From a virus (taxonomy: Duplodnaviria > Caudoviricetes), in the IMG/VR virus record IMGVR_UViG_3300024331_000060, positions 1 through 60,967 of that record: a stretch of DNA of 60,967 bases; one strand, written 5' to 3'. The notes under the pieces were generated by a model, which made no database searches, was not told where the DNA came from, and worked only from the letters and a program-made list of their open reading frames with translations. Position 1 is the first letter of the stretch, and each line of letters opens with the position of its first letter. Shown here piece by piece: positions 54,617 to 60,967 of this stretch. The position numbers and the translations under genes are program-made.

Positions 54617-56505
54617 ATCCTAATATATTCTGGAGTGATAACTATGTCGTCCTTGACTGGGAAACTACGAACCTCGAAAAAGGGTTTGCAGGTAACAAAG
54701 GCAATCGAATTGTTCTCGGCACTTGGGTTCTTGGTCCGGCCCACCCCCTTCGATCTGTACGGGCACTTGGCCGGATGGCCTCCAAAAATGGTCGAGGGGT
54801 ACGAGCTGGAGTTCAGTTTAAATACGGAAACGAATTTGAACAGGGAGAGCTGGTCGAGGCTATTCGGTCTGCTGACTTCATTGTCGCCCACTTCGCTAAG
54901 TTTGAACTTCAGTGGCTTACAAGAGCAGGAGTGGATATCTCCCGTATCCTCCCTTGGGACACTGTTCTTGGCGAATATGTACTTGCAGGAAATAGACGAA
55001 GGCCATTCGACCTCGATTCAGTTGCAAGGAGAAGGAAACTCGGAGACGGCAAAGAAAGTCTTGTTGCAGCCCTCATTGATGCGGGGGTATGCCCAAGCGA
55101 GATCCCCGAACAATGGCTCATAGAATACGGGTGTCAGGATACCTCATTAACTCACCAAATATTTCTACAACAGCGAGAGGAGCTGTCTTCGGCATCGTTG
55201 CTGCCGGTAATGTACACGCGGTGCATTACTACGCCAGTCCTTGCGGATATCGAACTAAACGGACTACAGCTAGATCCGGAGAGGGTAAAAGATGAATACG
55301 ACAGAACAGCGAAGGATCACGCACGTGCGAGTGGATTATTGGCTCGGATATCTGGAGGAATCAATCTCGATAGCCCTAAGCAAGTCGCAGGATTCCTCTA
55401 CGATAAGCTCGGCTTTGAAGAGCTATCCCGAGCTGGTAAACCCGACCGCACAGAGGCTGGAGGCCGCAGAACGGATGCTGAGACAATTGGACGACTCACT
55501 CCAAAGACTCCGGCACAGCGTGAATTTGCTGAAATATTCGGAGAATACGGACAAATCAATTTCCGTTTTGAATATCTAGGAAAATTACTAGATTGCTGTA
55601 GGGAGGATGGTGGTCTCCTATATGCGAACATTAATCAGGCGGTCACTCAGACCCATCGTCTTGCTAGTTCGGGTAAGAAGTGGAAAGTCCAGATTCAGAA
55701 TATTGCGAGGGATCTCAAGAAGCTCTTTAAGGCGCGCTACCCGGATTGGCTCGTTGGTGAAGCCGATGGTGCTCAGCTCGAATTCCGAGTTGCAGCCCAT
55801 CTTGGACGCGATCAGGTGGCACTTGCCGATATCCGCAATCCTGATTTTGATGCTCATTACCAGACTGCGGAAATCATTCTTAAAACGGTCCGAGCATTAA
55901 TATCTAAAGACCAAAGAAGCGACATTAAACCCTTTACATTCAAACCCTTATACGGGGGCATGAGTGGGACAGCCGAGGAAAGGGCTTACTATCGCTTCTT
56001 TCAGGAGAAGTATAATGGCGTCTATAAAACTCAAGAAGGATGGTCGTATCTCGTTCTGCGTGACAAAATGCTTGTTACCGAGTGGGGTCTTAAGTTCTAT
56101 TGGCCCGATACTAAACTTGAAGTCAACCAGAAAGGCGGGAAAGGTTACATTAAAAATCGCACGTCGATCTTTAATTATCCGGTTCAATCCTTTGCGACAG
56201 CCGAGATTATTCCAATCGCTCTCGTCTATACCTGGCATTACTTTAAAGCGCTTGACTTAAAAGGGTTCCTGGTCAATACAGTTCATGATTCCGTAATTGC
56301 GGAGATACCGCCGGAGGAAGAAAATGTGTTTCGCGAAATCTGTGAGTACTGTTTTACTAGTCTGGTGTTCAATTTCCTTCACAGGGTGTATCGGGTTCGC
56401 TTTACTGTGCCTTTGGGCGCAGAGACGAAAGTCGGCACCCACTGGTCGCAGGGCGAAGAGAGAAAGTACGATCTCGACCCAGACATCTATTTCAAGGCCG
56501 CTTGA
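54559..56505 (+). CDS. polA: DNA polymerase, family A, with 3'-5' exonuclease
   Basis: LDWET, YGCQD, THRLASS, DGAQLEFR (A), RSDIKPFTFKPLYG (B), NYPVQS, TVHDS (C). Confidence 0.95.
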   Translation: MRRDFKEIGECLPKFLVSLDPNIFWSDNYVVLDWETTNLEKGFAGNKGNRIVLGTWVLGPAHPLRSVRALGRMASKNGRGVRAGVQFKYGNEFEQGELVEAIRSADFIVAHFAKFELQWLTRAGVDISRILPWDTVLGEYVLAGNRRRPFDLDSVARRRKLGDGKESLVAALIDAGVCPSEIPEQWLIEYGCQDTSLTHQIFLQQREELSSASLLPVMYTRCITTPVLADIELNGLQLDPERVKDEYDRTAKDHARASGLLARISGGINLDSPKQVAGFLYDKLGFEELSRAGKPDRTEAGGRRTDAETIGRLTPKTPAQREFAEIFGEYGQINFRFEYLGKLLDCCREDGGLLYANINQAVTQTHRLASSGKKWKVQIQNIARDLKKLFKARYPDWLVGEADGAQLEFRVAAHLGRDQVALADIRNPDFDAHYQTAEIILKTVRALISKDQRSDIKPFTFKPLYGGMSGTAEERAYYRFFQEKYNGVYKTQEGWSYLVLRDKMLVTEWGLKFYWPDTKLEVNQKGGKGYIKNRTSIFNYPVQSFATAEIIPIALVYTWHYFKALDLKGFLVNTVHDSVIAEIPPEEENVFREICEYCFTSLVFNFLHRVYRVRFTVPLGAETKVGTHWSQGEERKYDLDPDIYFKAA

Positions 56506-56533
56506 AGGGGATGTTTCTGGCACCCAAGGATGG

Positions 56534-56737
56534 GTGCGGACGAATACTTTCGACAAGCAGCTTGATGGTGCAGTACAAAGAGCTAATGATTCCGTCCACA
56601 GTAAAATCCATAAAGATGGATCAAGTTGCTTCAGAGTGTTCTACCGCGTAGCTTGCGAGGAATGTGGCTATCCGCCTACTGAGGCTCGTTTCACAGATTG
56701 GACGGACTACAGTGAGCATTGGGAAAGGTATGAATGA
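56534..56737 (+). CDS. small hypothetical protein with CxxC
   Basis: GTG after AAGGA; H....C.....CEEC. Confidence 0.4.
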   Translation: MRTNTFDKQLDGAVQRANDSVHSKIHKDGSSCFRVFYRVACEECGYPPTEARFTDWTDYSEHWERYE

Positions 56738-56844
56738 AGTGCAAGCAATGTGGAGGTAAGACTTTCATAGTGAAAATGTGGGGCTATTTGTGCTCAAAAT
56801 GCCAATTATTTTACCCCTACTCAAAAGAATACCCTCGTGAGTGA
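56734..56844 (+). CDS. 36-aa Zn-ribbon peptide (not in ORF track)
   Basis: MKCKQCGG...CSKC; ATGA overlap. Confidence 0.5.
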   Translation: MKCKQCGGKTFIVKMWGYLCSKCQLFYPYSKEYPRE

Positions 56845-57034
56845 GAAATGTCCCTGGTGCCAGCAACCGATAAAGGATCTTAGCGATAATCCCGAATTTG
56901 TAAATCATAATCCAAACGCATTGAACTTTGCGAAAGAAGAGCTGTCTAAAGAATATTGGAGAGAATGTACAAAATGTGGTGATGAAGTTCGGGCAGATTG
57001 GCATTGGTGTAAGAACTGCGGAGAATACCAATAA
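56837..57034 (+). CDS. Zn-ribbon protein
   Basis: CPWC...CTKC...CKNC. Confidence 0.55.
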   Translation: MSEKCPWCQQPIKDLSDNPEFVNHNPNALNFAKEELSKEYWRECTKCGDEVRADWHWCKNCGEYQ

Positions 57035-57338
57035 AAGTAAAAAAAGTAGATCTGGTACTAGTCGAGTGGGAGGATGCCTGGGGAAGTAGTGGTTGGAGTT
57101 CCCCGGAGCAAGCAAATAATTCTCATAAACCTTTAGGAGTAACATCAGTAGGGTTCGTAATTAAAGCAGATAAAACTGGCATTTCTATAGCTCAAGGTTT
57201 CGATAAAAATAATAATCCAACGGGGCAACATTTCATTCCCCAGAAGATAATTAAAACAATAAGAAAGGTAAAATATTAAAGCACAGCAAGGCTGTGTAGA
57301 CTTTTCTCAATAAAAACAATAAGGTAGATTCGAAAAGT

Positions 57339-57908
57339 ATGGTATCTGGGGTAATCCAACGAGTTAACGACAAGCAGTGGAATGGCAAGACTTTCTATAG
57401 TTTTGCTTTGAGTGGCCAGGATGGCTGGTACAATACGGGGATGAAACGTCCTCCCGCTATTGGTACCTCTGTTCGATTCAACGATAAGACCAATAATAAG
57501 GGGTATAAAGAAGTCGATGGAAGCATCGAAATCCTTCAAGACCAGGCAGCAGGGGCTGCACCCTCAGTGGGGGCCGTTGCCGCGAAGGCTGCAAGCGGCG
57601 GAACAGCAAATAGTGGAGCTTACTGGGATCGTAAGGAAGCTCGTGACATTACAAATGACGCCGCTCGGGAACTCGGAGCGAGCCGAAATACTGCGATCGC
57701 TATCATCGATCTCGCTCTAAAGAATGAGGTGATCAAGCTTCCTGCAGCAGCTAAGCGAGAGGAATTTCTCTGGACTCTACTTGACAAATATACTAATCGA
57801 CTTATGGGCAAAGGAAGTACTGAAGGCAATGCAGAGGACAGCCCGCAAAGTGCATCGAATCAACAAGAACCAAGCACTACAGACCCACAATCGGACGACT
57901 GGAGCTAA
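57339..57908 (+). CDS. putative single-stranded DNA-binding protein
   Basis: OB-like N-terminus, acidic C-terminal tail ending DDWS, position between polymerase and exonuclease. Confidence 0.55.
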   Translation: MVSGVIQRVNDKQWNGKTFYSFALSGQDGWYNTGMKRPPAIGTSVRFNDKTNNKGYKEVDGSIEILQDQAAGAAPSVGAVAAKAASGGTANSGAYWDRKEARDITNDAARELGASRNTAIAIIDLALKNEVIKLPAAAKREEFLWTLLDKYTNRLMGKGSTEGNAEDSPQSASNQQEPSTTDPQSDDWS

Positions 57909-57917
57909 TAAAAAGAA

Positions 57918-58196
57918 ATGAGTAAGGCAAATGCGCAGGGCGCTATTGTAGATCAGATCCTTGCCGAACGGGACTATCAGGATCAGAAATGGGGTACCGA
58001 TTTTGATAATCGCAATACTGTCAATGATTGGGCTACCTATACTAACCTATATCTCGGCCGGGCCACTTCTATGGGAGCCACCAAAGAGACGCAGCGACTA
58101 GGCATTCTGAAGGCTGCTGCAATTCTCGTGGCAGCCCTTGAGACTTTTGATCGTAACGATGGCTTTGCGAACCGTCACTACGATGTGGCTGCGTAA
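57918..58196 (+). CDS. hypothetical phage protein, possibly MazG-like helical
   Basis: AERDYQDQKWG...NT.NDW...KAAA..VAALE. Confidence 0.6.
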   Translation: MSKANAQGAIVDQILAERDYQDQKWGTDFDNRNTVNDWATYTNLYLGRATSMGATKETQRLGILKAAAILVAALETFDRNDGFANRHYDVAA

Positions 58197-58399
58197 TGTT
58201 CAAAACTACGATTGATTCGATTATTTCGGATATCAGCGGGAAGGTGGGAAAGCTTCGGGAACTGGCGGAACAGCACAACGGCAAGGCTGAGGGTCATGTA
58301 AAAAGTGCTGCTGACCATACGAGCCTAGCAGTCCACTATACTGAACAACGAGACCGTGCTACTCGTATTGCAATCAAATTTGAAGAACTTTTGAAGTAA
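58196..58399 (+). CDS. hypothetical coiled-coil protein
   Basis: TAATG-coupled ORF. Confidence 0.6.
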   Translation: MFKTTIDSIISDISGKVGKLRELAEQHNGKAEGHVKSAADHTSLAVHYTEQRDRATRIAIKFEELLK

Positions 58400-58414
58400 G
58401 GATATAAAAAGAAA

Positions 58415-58711
58415 TTGAAGACTCCTATTATCTATTCTGTTGATGTAAATTCTGACGGCTCAAAGGTGCCTGTTTTCGCTCAGGGCGACTATGATGTTTT
58501 TGTGGGTGCCCTGGAGGAAGACAAGCTACCGATGTATGTGGTGATTAACCGCAATACAGGAGTAGTCGAATTCACTTGTGAAGTGACTATGGGCTATTTG
58601 ACTTGGTTGGATAGCATCACTGAGGCTATGGATCAGCGTACTCGACGGCAGGCAATTCAGTCAAATGCGGACACAGGACAGATTCCCTTGAACTTCTCAT
58701 TTAAGAACTAA
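58415..58711 (+). CDS. hypothetical protein
   Basis: Y.VINRNTGVVE pattern. Confidence 0.55.
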   Translation: MKTPIIYSVDVNSDGSKVPVFAQGDYDVFVGALEEDKLPMYVVINRNTGVVEFTCEVTMGYLTWLDSITEAMDQRTRRQAIQSNADTGQIPLNFSFKN

Positions 58712-58717
58712 AAGGAT

Positions 58718-58793
58718 TGGAGTGTAGTTCAGTTGGTAGAACGCGGACCTGTTAAGTCCGTAGTCGCAGGTTCGATCCCTGCCCCTCCAGCCA
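58718..58793 (+). tRNA. tRNA-Asn(GTT)
   Basis: 76-nt cloverleaf, CGGAC-CTGTTAA-GTCCG anticodon arm, GGTTCGATCC, G73-CCA; one acceptor mismatch. Confidence 0.92.
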
Positions 58794-58859
58794 CTTCCTG
58801 CCTAAGCACGGGCTAAGAGCAGCGGGCTAGCCTCACGATACGAGGCCCTTTGAGAAACT

Positions 58860-59726
58860 ATGCTAGAACAAATACAGAATAAGCATATTCTAATCGACGG
58901 CGATATAATTAAATACCGCTGCGCAGCTAGCGCGGAGAAAACAAAATACGTAGTCGAAACTCCCCAAGATTGGTATAAATTCGAGACTGCCAGAGAGGCA
59001 AAAGTATTCGAAAAAGAAGAAGTAACTAAGGGATATACAGTATTCATTTGGTCCCGTAAAGAGGTACAACCCCTTGAATTCGCACTACAGGCGTGTAAAA
59101 CGACCATCGAGTCACTTCTTGCTAAGCTTAGTCCTTCAAAGGTATCGATCTACCTTAGCCCGGATCGCACCTTTCGACACGATCTCGCGAGAACAAAGCC
59201 CTACAAAGGAAACAGAGTCCAGCCCAAACCCAAATACCTCAAAGAAGTAGAGAACTATCTTGTCAAACAATACGGGGCAACCTTTGGATCTAATATCGAA
59301 GCTGATGACGAGATTGGTATTGCTATTTCCAAAGATCCTGAAGGAACCGTATCAATCTCTATCGACAAAGACCTCCTGCAAATACCAGGATGGCACTACA
59401 ATTGGGTTAACGATACAGTTCAGCGAGTATCTCCCAGAGAGGGAGACTTTAACTTCTATACTCAAATGCTCACAGGAGATGTTACGGACAATATTCCGGG
59501 CATTGCAGGACTTGGCCCTAAAGGAGCGGCACGCATTATCGACGGAGCTAAATCATCGGCTGACCTCTGTTCACGAGTCTGGAGCGTATATCGAGGTGAG
59601 TTTACGGATGCCCAAAAGGCTCGTAATTACTTCTTTGAGCAAGCCGAACTTCTCTGGATCTTACGAGAACAAGAAAGATTTGGGGGGAAATTCAAAGGGT
59701 ATCACCCACCCATTACCCTCAAGTAA
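58860..59726 (+). CDS. 5'-3' exonuclease (T7 gp6/RNase H-like)
   Basis: LIDGD, YKGNR, EADD, IDKDL, GDVTDNIPG..GLG. Confidence 0.9.
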   Translation: MLEQIQNKHILIDGDIIKYRCAASAEKTKYVVETPQDWYKFETAREAKVFEKEEVTKGYTVFIWSRKEVQPLEFALQACKTTIESLLAKLSPSKVSIYLSPDRTFRHDLARTKPYKGNRVQPKPKYLKEVENYLVKQYGATFGSNIEADDEIGIAISKDPEGTVSISIDKDLLQIPGWHYNWVNDTVQRVSPREGDFNFYTQMLTGDVTDNIPGIAGLGPKGAARIIDGAKSSADLCSRVWSVYRGEFTDAQKARNYFFEQAELLWILREQERFGGKFKGYHPPITLK

Positions 59727-59785
59727 ATTTGAAGGGCCGTGCGAGTGCTGGGCATTTGGCAAAGAACAGTGCTGGGTTCATAAAT

Positions 59786-60214
59786 ATGAGTTACATACAG
59801 GAGACACCGACCATTAAGTACTACTTAGCTGGCCCTATGACGGGCTACCCTGAATTCAATATTCCCGCCTTCAGGGCGGCGAAGCTTAATCTTGAAGCCC
59901 AAGGCTTCGAAATTGAGCTTCCTTACGATATCGATAATACAGCGGAGAACTGGACCTGGGGGCAGTATCTTGCAGAAGATATCAAGCTCATTTGTGATCA
60001 ATGTCAAGGTATCATATTGCTCCCGGAGTGGGAGCGAAGTCGAGGGGCGAAACTCGAGATTGCTTGCGGACTTATGCAATCACTTAAGTTCCCTAACTTC
60101 GAGTTCCGATTCTACAGTAACGGGAAAGCTAGCGATCCAGTCCATCGAGACAGAATTGCCATAGCCTGGTACTGGAACTGGGAGACTTATAGCAAGGAGG
60201 TCCAAGCAGCCTAA
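59786..60214 (+). CDS. DUF4406 / nucleoside 2-deoxyribosyltransferase-like protein
   Basis: YLAGPMTGYPEFNIPAF, D......C..I.LL..WE.S.GA.LE. Confidence 0.8.
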   Translation: MSYIQETPTIKYYLAGPMTGYPEFNIPAFRAAKLNLEAQGFEIELPYDIDNTAENWTWGQYLAEDIKLICDQCQGIILLPEWERSRGAKLEIACGLMQSLKFPNFEFRFYSNGKASDPVHRDRIAIAWYWNWETYSKEVQAA

Positions 60215-60666
60215 TGCCTAGGAATTGGTCGTGGGGTAAAAAAAGAGAATCAGGCTACAGGAGCACAGCCGAAGAGGTCCTTGCAGAAAACTTAATTAAT
60301 TCTGGTATTGGCTTCAAATACGAGAGCTTAAAGCTCAACTACGAAAAGCCAGTAAGGAAGGGAAAGTGTAAGGATTGTGACGGAAAGAAAGTAGTTAAAG
60401 TAGCTACTTATACGCCAGACTTCGTTTTAGATAATGGGATAATAATTGAGTATAAAGGCAGGCTTACTGCCAGTGACCGCAGCAAGCTCATTGCTGTTAA
60501 AAAAACTAATCCAGAAATTCACCTTAGACTCTTATTTGGATCGGACAATAAACTTGCAAAGAACAACAATAAACGATACAGCCAGTGGGCAGCAGAACAC
60601 GGATTTGACTACGCTATCGGAACACCTCCGAGGCGCTGGCTTCGAAAACCTAGCCCGGCAATGTGA
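60214..60666 (+). CDS. endonuclease I-like Holliday junction resolvase (T7 gp3-like) with a Zn-finger insert
   Basis: YRS..E, YE, YTPDF, IEYKGR, DR.K, Y..WA..HGF; CKDC insert. Confidence 0.88.
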   Translation: MPRNWSWGKKRESGYRSTAEEVLAENLINSGIGFKYESLKLNYEKPVRKGKCKDCDGKKVVKVATYTPDFVLDNGIIIEYKGRLTASDRSKLIAVKKTNPEIHLRLLFGSDNKLAKNNNKRYSQWAAEHGFDYAIGTPPRRWLRKPSPAM

Positions 60667-60967
60667 AACTACGGGATATATAGGTACCTTCGGTCCATGG
60701 ATCATTGATCCAACAACAGGAAAGGTACCTCCCGTATCTTATCCTGACAATAATCCTAAGACTGCTTTCGGAGCTAAGAAGCTTCCGCTAGAACTAGTAC
60801 CACCGAGTGCGGTAGCGGCTCTAGCCGAGGCTTTTGCAGACGGAGCTAAGAAGTATGGACCTTACAACTGGCGTGAAAAGTCTATTAGTTCTAGTATTTA
60901 TTACGGGGCTGCTCTGCGGCATATTCAGTCCTGGTGGGACGGAGAAGACTTGGCAGAAGACTCTGGT
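60605..60967 (+). CDS. dATP/dGTP diphosphohydrolase (DUF5664-like), 5' part; start uncertain
   Basis: NPKTAFGAKKLPLELVPP...GAKKYGPYNWRE...AALRH...W.GED; no in-frame ATG, TTG 60605 assumed. Confidence 0.78.
   Translation, partial: MTTLSEHLRGAGFENLARQCETTGYIGTFGPWIIDPTTGKVPPVSYPDNNPKTAFGAKKLPLELVPPSAVAALAEAFADGAKKYGPYNWREKSISSSIYYGAALRHIQSWWDGEDLAEDSG
60955..60967. repeat. 13-nt terminal direct repeat, right copy
   Basis: Identical to 1-13. Confidence 0.9.

Noticed and set aside
60605-60967. 2-aminoadenine (Z) genome pathway suggested by the dATP/dGTP diphosphohydrolase
   Set aside because: No PurZ/adenylosuccinate-synthetase-like gene is recognisable.
1-60967. Stop-codon reassignment, prompted by frequent TAG/CTAG
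   Set aside because: Core genes are intact in the standard code, several end in TAG, and no suppressor tRNA is seen. CTAG abundance is an unquantified impression.

Overview
This window looks like a complete, circularly permuted ~61 kb genome of a lytic tailed dsDNA phage. The first and last 13 nt are identical, and one gene reads through the join. IHF sites, sigma70 and sigmaE-like promoters and an rrn-type boxA point to a proteobacterial host. The minus-strand arm (~2.9-31 kb) is a P22-like podovirus morphogenesis module: a split large terminase, portal, scaffold, coat, gp4/gp10-like proteins, three ejection proteins, a tail fibre, a tailspike and lysis genes. It also carries two GroES paralogues, two glycosyltransferases with a methyltransferase behind the coat gene, a phosphatase and a non-canonical tRNA-Pro. 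The plus-strand arm (34-61 kb, then 1-2.9 kb) holds early genes, a PRPS-like/NAMPT-like pair (NARP1-type NAD+ reconstitution), a phiEco32-type amide-ligase cluster, T7-like replication genes, tRNA-Asn and nucleotide-metabolism genes. I recognise no integrase, RNA polymerase, sigma factor, CRISPR array or reverse transcriptase. The most striking observation is a 64-aa ORF at 38761-38955 that reads as a tandem, two-core proteobacterial lasso-peptide precursor. It has no recognisable lasso cyclase or peptidase in the genome and lies just upstream of the amide-ligase cluster. All product calls come from reading motifs by eye; no database searches were run.
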